39,546 bases of DNA. Source: a virus. Taxonomy: Duplodnaviria > Caudoviricetes. Numbering within the stretch: the first letter of the stretch is position 1; each line of letters opens with the position of its first letter. This document shows positions 8,352-16,174 of the stretch, piece by piece. The stretch lies in the IMG/VR virus record IMGVR_UViG_3300017766_003281, positions 1 through 39,546 of that record; one strand, written 5' to 3'. A program made the position numbers and the translations under genes. The notes beneath the pieces were generated by a model that saw only the letters and a program-made list of their open reading frames with translations, was not told the DNA's origin and did no database searches.

Positions 8352-10787
8352 GTGAGCCAACAGCAACTTGCGGCAATTCGAGCAGCCTTCGCAACAATCA
8401 GGCCGACAGGCCCCTGCCCGGCGAAGGTAATGATAGTGACCGACGCACCCTCTCAGGAGGACGAGCGCAAGGGACTGCCCCTCGCGGGTTCTTCCGGGGA
8501 TGAGCTGCGCCGCATGATGGCAGAGGCCGGGATGGGGAAGTTCGGCTGCTTCATCACCACTGCCATCCGCGTCCGCCCACCAGCCGGATTTGCCGACGAA
8601 GCCTTTTTCGCGCTGAAGAAGAAGGACGTGACAGCCAGCCATATCCAGCTCCGCGACAAGATGGTGCTGCCCCCCGTGGTGGATGGCCTGGAGATGCTGA
8701 AGCGGGAAATCGAGCTCTGCCGCCCGAACGTCATCATCGCCCTGGGCAACATCCCCATGTGGATGCTCACAGGCAAGTGGGGGATAACCTCGTGGCGCGG
8801 CAGCATGCTGCAAACGGACCTCGCACTCAATCTGGAATACCAGCCCAAAGTCCTGCCGATGTACCACCCCTCCATGATCCTGCGCAAGTGGGACTGGAGG
8901 CCCATCGGCTTGACCGACCTCCGCCGTGCAGCCACGATGGCTGAGACACGGGAACTTATCCGGCCCGATTATAAATTCTTAATCCGGCCGAGTTATTCGA
9001 CCGCCAAAGGTACCCTGGAGAAGCTACTCAGCCTCGCCGAACTGCAGCCCGTGGGGGAGAAGCTGAAGCTGGCAGACGACCTCGAAACACGGGCAGGACA
9101 CATCGCCTGCGTGGGGATCGCATGGTCCAAGCTCGACGCCATCTGCATCCCGCTGATGTGCCTGGAGCGGCCCGAAGGTTATTGGCCGGAAGAGCAGGAG
9201 GCGGAGCTGATGTACCTCCTGTACCGGCTCTACACCCACCCCAAAGTGGAAATCGTGGGTCAGAACCACCTATACGATGACCAGTATTTCCTGCGCCATC
9301 TGTGCTTCAAGCCCAACCTGAAGCGCGACATCATGCTCGCACAGCACACGATGTTCTCCAACCTGCAGAAGTCCCTCGACTTTCAGGCCAGCATGTACCT
9401 CCCCTTCTACTCCTACTGGAAGGACGAAGGCAAAGAGTGGAACACTTCCATCCCCGAAGATGAGTACTGGGGTTACAACTGCAAGGATGCGGTGCAGACG
9501 TTCGAGCTGGACACCGTGCAGCAGAAGCTCATCGACCAGATGCGCCTCCGTGAGGTCCACGACTTTCAGCAGAAGCTCTACCACCCCGTGCTGAAGACGA
9601 TGGAGAAGGGCGTCAGGATCGACGTGGCCAAGCGTCAGGTCTTCCACACGCAGCTCAACCGGGAAATCGAGGAGCGTCAGGTCTGGATCAAGGAGCTGCT
9701 GGGCCGGGAGGTGAACATCGGCTCGCCAAAGCAGATGGCCGACCTCTTCTACCACGAGCTGGGATTCAAGCCCATCCTCCACCGCAAGACCAAGACCATC
9801 ACCACGGATGAAGAGGCGATGCGGAAGTTGATGGCCCGCGAACCGCTGGTCCGACCGCTCATTCGCAAGATCCTGGAAATCCGTTCCCTCAACGTTTTCC
9901 AATCTACCTTCGTCAGTGCTCCCCTTGACATTGACCTCAGAATGCGGTGCAGTTACAACATCGCTGGGACAGACACTTTCCGCTTCGCCTCCCGCCAGAA
10001 CGCATTTGGCAGTGGGATGAACCTCCAGAACGTGCCTTCCGGCGGGGAGATGGATGAGGGCTTCGACCTGGTCCTCCCGAACGTGCGCACCCTGTTCGTC
10101 CCTGATCCAGGCATGGAATTCTTCGACATCGACCTCAACTCAGCCGACCTTCGCATTGTCGTCTGGGAGAGCGACGAACCCGAGATGAAGGCCATGCTGG
10201 CGCAGGGATTGGACCCGTACACTGAAATCGCTAAAGAATTCTACCATGACCAGACGATCACCAAGAAGGACCCACGGCGTCAAACGTTCAAGTCCTTTGC
10301 GCACGGCACACATTATCTTGGCACCCCGGAAGGTCTTGCGGAACGCCTCGGCCTCCCAGTCAAGGCAGCCAAGGACACCCAAGCCTGGTACTTCAAGCGG
10401 TTCCCACGGATCAAGAAGTGGCAGGACGAAGCCATCCGTGACGGGGTCGTCAAGCGCCGCATGGTCCAAAACATCTTCGGGTACAGGATGCACTTCTTCG
10501 ACCGGATCGAAGGGACTGTCCTCAACCAAGCGGCTGCGTGGATTCCCCAGTCCACCGTGGGCTGCCTCATCAATCGCGCTTATGTTGCAATCGACGAGCG
10601 TGAGCCAGAAGTCGACATCCTCCTCCAAGTCCACGACTCCCTGGCAGGCCAGTATCCGATAGCGAAGCGGGACGAGATTCTCCCCCGCATCCTTTCCCAT
10701 GCGGCGATCCCTCTCCCATACGCTGACCCACTAACCATCCCCGTCGGGGCTAAGACCTCGGCAGTTTCCTGGGGCGACTGCGCATGA
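8352..10787 (+). CDS. polA: Family A DNA polymerase with N-terminal UDG-like domain and 3'-5' exonuclease, about 811 aa
   Basis: UDG4-like IIALGN and YHPS; ExoI DLET, ExoII NHLYD, ExoIII YNCKD; NLQN; motif A DLNSADLR, motif B RQTFKSFAHGTHY, motif C VHDS. GTG start 8352 inferred. Confidence 0.95.
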   Translation: MSQQQLAAIRAAFATIRPTGPCPAKVMIVTDAPSQEDERKGLPLAGSSGDELRRMMAEAGMGKFGCFITTAIRVRPPAGFADEAFFALKKKDVTASHIQLRDKMVLPPVVDGLEMLKREIELCRPNVIIALGNIPMWMLTGKWGITSWRGSMLQTDLALNLEYQPKVLPMYHPSMILRKWDWRPIGLTDLRRAATMAETRELIRPDYKFLIRPSYSTAKGTLEKLLSLAELQPVGEKLKLADDLETRAGHIACVGIAWSKLDAICIPLMCLERPEGYWPEEQEAELMYLLYRLYTHPKVEIVGQNHLYDDQYFLRHLCFKPNLKRDIMLAQHTMFSNLQKSLDFQASMYLPFYSYWKDEGKEWNTSIPEDEYWGYNCKDAVQTFELDTVQQKLIDQMRLREVHDFQQKLYHPVLKTMEKGVRIDVAKRQVFHTQLNREIEERQVWIKELLGREVNIGSPKQMADLFYHELGFKPILHRKTKTITTDEEAMRKLMAREPLVRPLIRKILEIRSLNVFQSTFVSAPLDIDLRMRCSYNIAGTDTFRFASRQNAFGSGMNLQNVPSGGEMDEGFDLVLPNVRTLFVPDPGMEFFDIDLNSADLRIVVWESDEPEMKAMLAQGLDPYTEIAKEFYHDQTITKKDPRRQTFKSFAHGTHYLGTPEGLAERLGLPVKAAKDTQAWYFKRFPRIKKWQDEAIRDGVVKRRMVQNIFGYRMHFFDRIEGTVLNQAAAWIPQSTVGCLINRAYVAIDEREPEVDILLQVHDSLAGQYPIAKRDEILPRILSHAAIPLPYADPLTIPVGAKTSAVSWGDCA
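8956..8995. repeat. 40-bp double-palindrome element, copy B (inside the polymerase ORF)
   Basis: TTATCCGGCCCGATTAT-AAATTC-TTAATCCGGCCGAGTTA. Confidence 0.88.
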
Positions 10788-12034
10788 CAACACGACACTA
10801 TGGCGACTGGCTCAAGGCATACCTCAAGTACGCCGAAGCCACCGAATCCCCGCAGCACATGCACTTCTGGTCAGGTGTTTCCGCCATAGCTGGTGCCTTG
10901 CGCCGAAGGGTCTGGATTGACCAGGCCTATTTCAAGTGGTACCCGAATTTCTACATCGTCCTGGTGGCACCTCCCGGCATTGTGTCGAAGTCCACCACCG
11001 TCGGTATCGCCATGAACTTGCTCCGCAAGGTCCCTGGCATACACTTCGGCCCGGACGTGGTGACGTGGCAGAGCCTTGTTGAAAGGTTCGCCTCCATCAC
11101 CGAGGCATTCGAGTACCAGTCCGAGTTCCACCCCATGTCGGCCATGACGCTGGAATCCTCCGAGTTCGGGAATCTCCTGGACCCGCAGGACAAGGGCATG
11201 ATCGACCTGATGGTGGCGCTGTGGGATGGCAAGCAAGGCGGGTTTGAGAAGTCCACCAAGAACAGCGGGAACGATGTGGTGGAGAATCCCTGGATCAACA
11301 TGATCGCCTGCACGACCCCTTCGTGGATCAACGGCAACTTCCCAGAATACATGATCGGCGGCGGGTTCACTTCCCGCACCATCTTCGTATACGCGGACAA
11401 GAAGGCCAAGTTCATCGCCTACCCCGGTCTGGTGGTGGCCAAGGACATGAAGGAGCAGGAGGAGAAGCTGGTGGCGGACCTCACCCAGATTTCGGGGTTG
11501 GTGGGGGAGTACAAGCTCACCGCCGACGCCATTCGCTGGGGCGAGGCCTGGTACCAGAAGCACTACTCCCAGCGGCCTATCAATCTGGACATGGACCACT
11601 TCGGCGGGTACATCGCACGCAAGCAGGTGCAGATGCACAAGCTCGCTATGGTGCTGGCTGCAGCCCAGTCCGATGAGATGATGATTAGCCAGGAGCACCT
11701 GGAGATTGCCGACTACATGATTACGGACTTGGAGCCCGACCTCCAGTTCGTATTCCAGCGGATCGGCCAACCCGACACCACAGTCAGGATCGAAAAGTTC
11801 GTGGAGTTCGTTCACGCACACCCTGACGGTGTGGACTACACCGCAGCCTACCAGCACGTTCACGCGTTATTCCCCTCCTTCAGGGAATTCGAGGACATGA
11901 TATTGGGCTGCGTGAAGGCCGGGTACATCAACATCAAGACCGGACCGGGGACGCCAAAAGTTTACCCCGGAAAGGCTCAACTGGTGAAGAGCGCTTCGCG
12001 GGGTACGGATGGGAAGCGGGTAGGGGCTATCTAA
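10784..12034 (+). CDS. DUF3987-type AAA+ helicase-like protein, 416 aa
   Basis: ESP..H.W, PNFYIVLVAPPGIVSKST (variant Walker A), SSEFG (Walker B), LWDG and GGFTSR (Arg finger); ATGA-coupled to the polymerase. Confidence 0.8.
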   Translation: MTTRHYGDWLKAYLKYAEATESPQHMHFWSGVSAIAGALRRRVWIDQAYFKWYPNFYIVLVAPPGIVSKSTTVGIAMNLLRKVPGIHFGPDVVTWQSLVERFASITEAFEYQSEFHPMSAMTLESSEFGNLLDPQDKGMIDLMVALWDGKQGGFEKSTKNSGNDVVENPWINMIACTTPSWINGNFPEYMIGGGFTSRTIFVYADKKAKFIAYPGLVVAKDMKEQEEKLVADLTQISGLVGEYKLTADAIRWGEAWYQKHYSQRPINLDMDHFGGYIARKQVQMHKLAMVLAAAQSDEMMISQEHLEIADYMITDLEPDLQFVFQRIGQPDTTVRIEKFVEFVHAHPDGVDYTAAYQHVHALFPSFREFEDMILGCVKAGYINIKTGPGTPKVYPGKAQLVKSASRGTDGKRVGAI

Positions 12035-12067
12035 CCCACCAGCCCGCTTCCAGGGGTGATGAGGGGA

Positions 12068-12601
12068 CTAGGGTTTGCCGCCCTGGTCCTCTTTTTTCTG
12101 GGCGGTGAAGTTCGTGCCTAGCCAGAAGGCCCCGACGATGGACAGGAGGCCGAGGATGGCGGTGATGATCTGCGTGCGCAGGGACACGTCGTACACTGGC
12201 GCGTTGAGGAAGAGCATGTCCACCAGGATCATGATGGGCATCAGCAGGAAGATGAGGCTGATCCAAAACGCTGGGTTCCGGCGGAAGTCCGGGCCGCCTG
12301 GCATCGAGTAGCGTTCGCCGGAAGCCCGTGCCGCCTCGATCCCACCCCCCACTTCTTCCAGCTTGAACCAGCTCCGCTCCACAGCGTCCTTGACGGCGGC
12401 CGCAGCCTCTGGATCGGTGCTGATCATGTCCAGAAGCTCTTGCTCGTTCCGCGCCCCCACCACCTCCTTGGCCAGTTGCGCCACAGTCTCCGCGGCTTTG
12501 ATGTTCCGCTCAGACACCTGCGAACCGCTCCCGAAGATCTTTCCCAGCTTCGGTACCAGGTCGATGAGGGCGGGGAGTAGGGCAGTAACAAATGGGTTCA
12601 C
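12068..12601 (-). CDS. Nested in-frame holin-like protein, 177 aa, from an internal start
   Basis: AAGGAG-6 nt-GTG at 12601, in frame, exactly where the membrane domain begins (MNPFVTALLPALIDLVPKLG). Confidence 0.55.
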   Translation of the reverse strand: MNPFVTALLPALIDLVPKLGKIFGSGSQVSERNIKAAETVAQLAKEVVGARNEQELLDMISTDPEAAAAVKDAVERSWFKLEEVGGGIEAARASGERYSMPGGPDFRRNPAFWISLIFLLMPIMILVDMLFLNAPVYDVSLRTQIITAILGLLSIVGAFWLGTNFTAQKKEDQGGKP

Positions 12602-13195
12602 AATCTTCTCCTTCAGGGTCAGTGTCGGCTTCGTTGGTGGAGACTGCACTGGCACAGTCTCCGGTGGTGGTGAGGAAGGTACCAAAGGTGGGCTTTCCAA
12701 CTCGTCCCAAGCCACCCCGGAAAACACCTTCAGACCTTCCTCGTATTCTCGCATGAATTCGGCCATCGTGACAACGGGCTGGCCATAGGGGCTACCGGGG
12801 AGGCTCGCCCACTCGCGGGCGCATTTCCTCACAGCCTCTTCCACCCGCCCCTCTAACACGTCGGTGAGGGCGCCCCTGCCACGGATAAGCGCAATTGCCC
12901 CAAGGGTTTGCATCCGTGGGGAGAAGTCCTCAAACCCGTATTCCCGGACCAGTCCATCCCACGTGCGGGCCAGGAACTGCCAAGCCCCTGCCGCCGTGGA
13001 GGTGTAGGTTTTGCCCTTCATCCCCTTCGTGATGGCGCGGCGTGGGTGGTCAGAGAAGTCGGTGAAGCGCTCCCCACCGAACATGATCTGGAATCCGTCC
13101 GGTGCCTGGGTCCCTTCCCCGTAGCGCAAGGCCCACAAGAAGGCCTGCACTTCGTCGGAGTCGTAAGCGGCGATAAGCGGTGCGCGGTCTTTCAC
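12068..13195 (-). CDS. Lambda R-like (GH104/transglycosylase) endolysin fused through a Pro-rich linker to a holin-like membrane domain, 375 aa
   Basis: AFL..LR.GEGT, STAAGAWQFL..TW, DFSP..Q, EWASLPGSPYGQP; C-terminal hydrophobic helices ending FWLGT. Confidence 0.88.
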   Translation of the reverse strand: MKDRAPLIAAYDSDEVQAFLWALRYGEGTQAPDGFQIMFGGERFTDFSDHPRRAITKGMKGKTYTSTAAGAWQFLARTWDGLVREYGFEDFSPRMQTLGAIALIRGRGALTDVLEGRVEEAVRKCAREWASLPGSPYGQPVVTMAEFMREYEEGLKVFSGVAWDELESPPLVPSSPPPETVPVQSPPTKPTLTLKEKIVNPFVTALLPALIDLVPKLGKIFGSGSQVSERNIKAAETVAQLAKEVVGARNEQELLDMISTDPEAAAAVKDAVERSWFKLEEVGGGIEAARASGERYSMPGGPDFRRNPAFWISLIFLLMPIMILVDMLFLNAPVYDVSLRTQIITAILGLLSIVGAFWLGTNFTAQKKEDQGGKP

Positions 13196-13206
13196 TTCTC
13201 CACCCC

Positions 13207-13581
13207 TTACCTGTTGCTCGTCTTGGCTTCGGCGCGTGCGGAGGCAGACACCGACCCGCCGCCATACAGCCGGTTGACGCTGGCTTCCACGTTGGCGATG
13301 CGGATGCGCAGTTCAGCCACATCCACATTGCTCGAAGAAGCTTGGATGGCGAGTTGTGCGAACTGCGCGTTCGTCTCCTTCTGCCCCTGCACTACAGCAG
13401 CCTGCACGGCCGCCATGTCCTTGGCCAGTTGCTGCTGCCCGAAGTGCGCGGATACAAGGGCCCACACCACTGTCATTGCTGCCCCGGCCACACCCCAGAT
13501 CGGGATGCGGAAGTCTACACCCTGCCAGAGGAGGTTGCCTCTTTGGCCGGACCGGGGTTGAGTTTCATCTTGATCGTGCAC
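13207..13581 (-). CDS. Single-TM coiled-coil protein (holin/antiholin/spanin-like), 124 aa
   Basis: GAAGGA SD before GTG 13581; TM segment IPIWGVAGAAMTVVWALVSA, then a heptad region; directly upstream of the endolysin. Confidence 0.65.
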   Translation of the reverse strand: MHDQDETQPRSGQRGNLLWQGVDFRIPIWGVAGAAMTVVWALVSAHFGQQQLAKDMAAVQAAVVQGQKETNAQFAQLAIQASSSNVDVAELRIRIANVEASVNRLYGGGSVSASARAEAKTSNR

Positions 13582-14014
13582 TTCCGTTCCTTCCAGGGTA
13601 GGTGCTTTGAATGTAGGCCGCGAAGCCGTTAGGACCGAGGCGCCAAGGTTCAAGGAGGCCAATAGCCGCCCCACAAGCTTCGTTACAGAACCAGCCGGTG
13701 GGAGCCTCACGCACCAGCCAGAATACGAATTGAAGATTGCCGAGGAGGTCATATGGTTCACCTTTGTGGGCTTCGAACCATGCTCGGGCCGCTGGTTCAA
13801 GGTGGTCAGGTAGGTTGAAAATATCCCAGTTCTGGGGGGAGTAGTCGATCTGCTTCAGCCGCACGCCGCCGTCAATGAAGGAGGCGCTGCCGCTCATGCC
13901 GTCGCTGAACACCAGCTCGCAATGGCTATAAGGTCCACGATCCACCCAGCGAACTAGGCGGCTGTAAACCCCCTGAAACCCTGGGCGTGTGCCCTTATAG
14001 AATGCGACTTGCAT
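13565..14014 (-). CDS. Circularly permuted papain-like (NlpC/P60, YiiX/YebB-type) amidase, 149 aa
   Basis: His before Cys: YSHCEL ... G.PYD ... WFCNE. Confidence 0.75.
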   Translation of the reverse strand: MQVAFYKGTRPGFQGVYSRLVRWVDRGPYSHCELVFSDGMSGSASFIDGGVRLKQIDYSPQNWDIFNLPDHLEPAARAWFEAHKGEPYDLLGNLQFVFWLVREAPTGWFCNEACGAAIGLLEPWRLGPNGFAAYIQSTYPGRNGSARSR

Positions 14015-14016
14015 GT

Positions 14017-14445
14017 TCAGCCCCCGGAGGAGAAGTAGAGCTTACGCAGGGCCAGATTCTCTTCAGGCTTAACCGGGGTGAAGAGGATGGCGTCGCGCAG
14101 GGCTTGCGTCACTGCCGGCACCTTGCTCCGGATGTAGTCGATGGACTGGGCAACTTCCGCCACATCCAGCGTGACCCACTTCCGAATCTGTACGTCCTGG
14201 AGGATGGCCCGAACGCCCGGATCAGCGCTGGTCAGCACAGCCATCTTGGCCGGACCGAAGCGGTCGAAAAAGGGGCCGATGTCGATGTACCAGAGCCAGA
14301 TCGGTGGAGGTTCTGGCGGCGGTACAGGATCAGGTACGAGGCGGTAAGTACCGGCAGGGTACCGCTCTTCCATGAATTCTGCAGAAGCCATGATGGTGTC
14401 AATAACTTCACCGTCAGCAAGGATTTCGTATCGCATCATGTTCAC
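14017..14445 (-). CDS. Hypothetical tail-fibre-associated protein (start may be ATG 14439 or 14436)
   Basis: Follows the Gly-rich fibre gene; two-part protein with a PDPVPPPEPPP linker. Confidence 0.65.
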   Translation of the reverse strand: MNMMRYEILADGEVIDTIMASAEFMEERYPAGTYRLVPDPVPPPEPPPIWLWYIDIGPFFDRFGPAKMAVLTSADPGVRAILQDVQIRKWVTLDVAEVAQSIDYIRSKVPAVTQALRDAILFTPVKPEENLALRKLYFSSGG

Positions 14446-14446
14446 C

Positions 14447-15259
14447 TTATGATTGCCACTCGATGATTACGCCACCTACTCCGCCAGGGCCGCCGCTGCT
14501 GGATGATCCCCCACCACCCCCGCCGCCACCGAATGCGCCGCCGGCAGCACCAGGCAGTGTATTCTCGCCACCGCCACCGCCCGCAAACATTCCACCTTCT
14601 GCACCCCCACCACCACCGCCCCCAGGCTCACCTGCAATATTGACGGCTCCTCCACGCCCCAAAGGCTGCAAAAGCCTCCCAGAGCCAAAGGGGATGGCAG
14701 AAGTTGGCGCGGCAGAAGCTAATCCAAGGCCTAGAGTAGCACTGAGGGCCCCGCCACCTTGTTGCCCGGTAGATGCACCACCTACACCAGCCCCGCCACC
14801 TCGCGCTGATAGGCCACTGGAAAACCCGACGCCGTATACACCAACAGCCCCACCCCCTGTACCAACACCACTGGCAGAAGCGCCACCGGCGACGTTGACA
14901 GTTCCCCCGCTTGCCGTACCCCCAGCTGTGCTGGTACCGCCATTTGCGGTAAGGCCGACCCCGGGGCCAGTAACTGTTGTGTTACCGCCGGCTTGACCAC
15001 TGGTAACGCCGCCCGCTCCGACAGTAAAGTCCAGGCGTTCACCTGCTTTCAGTCGAGCCTTGATCTGGCTGAAGCCGCCCGCCCCACCACCTCTGCCATT
15101 ATTAGTGCCAGCCGCACCCGCACCGATAGCACTGGCCAGATAGTCAGCTTCGACTGGGGCAACGAAAGTGCCGGAAGAGGTGAAGACACGCTGCTCGGGG
15201 ATAGTGCCTCCCCGTCCAGGTACAACCCCACTCGGCAGTGGCATCACACCGGGGTTCAC
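14447..15259 (-). CDS. Glycine-rich tail fibre/receptor-binding protein, 270 aa
   Basis: FTSSGTFVAP start, GAGAAG and GGGAGG repeats, and a GG.GGVIIEW end, typical of phage Gly-rich fibre domains. Confidence 0.8.
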   Translation of the reverse strand: MNPGVMPLPSGVVPGRGGTIPEQRVFTSSGTFVAPVEADYLASAIGAGAAGTNNGRGGGAGGFSQIKARLKAGERLDFTVGAGGVTSGQAGGNTTVTGPGVGLTANGGTSTAGGTASGGTVNVAGGASASGVGTGGGAVGVYGVGFSSGLSARGGGAGVGGASTGQQGGGALSATLGLGLASAAPTSAIPFGSGRLLQPLGRGGAVNIAGEPGGGGGGGAEGGMFAGGGGGENTLPGAAGGAFGGGGGGGGSSSSGGPGGVGGVIIEWQS

Positions 15260-15639
15260 AGTGCACCTCCACGCGTCACGCTGACTGCAAAGGTTTCGGA
15301 CTTCTCGGTGGACACCACAATCTCACTTGTAGAGTCCAGCACCCAAGCCAGGTTGGTGAGCTGACGGGCGAAGGCTTCGACAGTGGCCGAGGGCACCCGC
15401 ACCGTGACTGGGACTTCCAACAAGAGGAAGAGGCTGGCCCCACGTCGCCGGAAGAACCGGATCATACCTGCCGTGGTGGTGACCTGCGCGCAGATCGTGA
15501 TGTCGTCGATCCGGCTGCCAGTCACCGAGGTGGGGACAAGCAGCACCACCGTCCCTGTGCCGTCCCGGTTCGGGTTGGCAGCATTGACGATGACGGAGGG
15601 GCTGAGCGGAGTCGAAGCGTATTGTGCAGAGGTAGACAT
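15256..15639 (-). CDS. Hypothetical beta-rich virion protein, 127 aa
   Basis: Translationally coupled within the tail module. Confidence 0.7.
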   Translation of the reverse strand: MSTSAQYASTPLSPSVIVNAANPNRDGTGTVVLLVPTSVTGSRIDDITICAQVTTTAGMIRFFRRRGASLFLLLEVPVTVRVPSATVEAFARQLTNLAWVLDSTSEIVVSTEKSETFAVSVTRGGAL

Positions 15640-16122
15640 TTAAGTGATCCCAATAGCTGTGAGGAAGTAGTCGGGGGTGCCGTTACGCCAGTCAACCGTC
15701 ACACCATCGGTGGACAGCTGGCCAGACTTCCCGGCAATCGGTGGGAGGTTCACACCCGCCACAGAGCTGACCAAGAGGCGGACCCAGGCGGCATTGACCA
15801 GCCGAGTGTCATCGGCCGTGACTGGCGGGGTGGACGCAGTGGGGACCGTGAAGGCCGGGGCGTAGAAGCTGTCCAGCCACTGCTGGTATTCCACCACATC
15901 ACCAGCAGCAGAGCCAGCCACAGTACCGCGGAGGCGGAAGCCCGCCATGTTGAGGTTGCCCGCCATAGCAGACTGCCCATCGCGTGGAAGCGCGGCCGTC
16001 AACCCATCATGAATGTTTTTCAGGTTGAGGTTGAAGTATTCCGCATAGATGACCAAGCCGGGTGCTGCTGGGAATGTCGGGGAAGGGAGCGGGAGGAAGG
16101 TCCCATTTCCATCGTAAGCCAT
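15640..16122 (-). CDS. Tail-fibre anchor-like protein, 160 aa
   Basis: AGGAG SD. The N-terminus MAYDGNGTF...FN..L.NI..GLT..L.RDG resembles podovirus fibre attachment domains as I recall them. Confidence 0.7.
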   Translation of the reverse strand: MAYDGNGTFLPLPSPTFPAAPGLVIYAEYFNLNLKNIHDGLTAALPRDGQSAMAGNLNMAGFRLRGTVAGSAAGDVVEYQQWLDSFYAPAFTVPTASTPPVTADDTRLVNAAWVRLLVSSVAGVNLPPIAGKSGQLSTDGVTVDWRNGTPDYFLTAIGIT

Positions 16123-16134
16123 AAGTGCTCCTGA

Positions 16135-16174
16135 TTATTGGGCCGGATTAAAACCTATTAATCCGCCCGAATTA
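16135..16174. repeat. 40-bp double-palindrome element, copy C
   Basis: TTATTGGGCCGGATTAA-AACCTA-TTAATCCGCCCGAATTA; its last 3 nt form the stop codon of the upstream - strand gene. Confidence 0.9.

Noticed and set aside
8153-8503. 116-aa ORF bridging the MTase and polymerase genes
   Set aside because: It overlaps both genes substantially and has no credible SD or start for the intergenic part.
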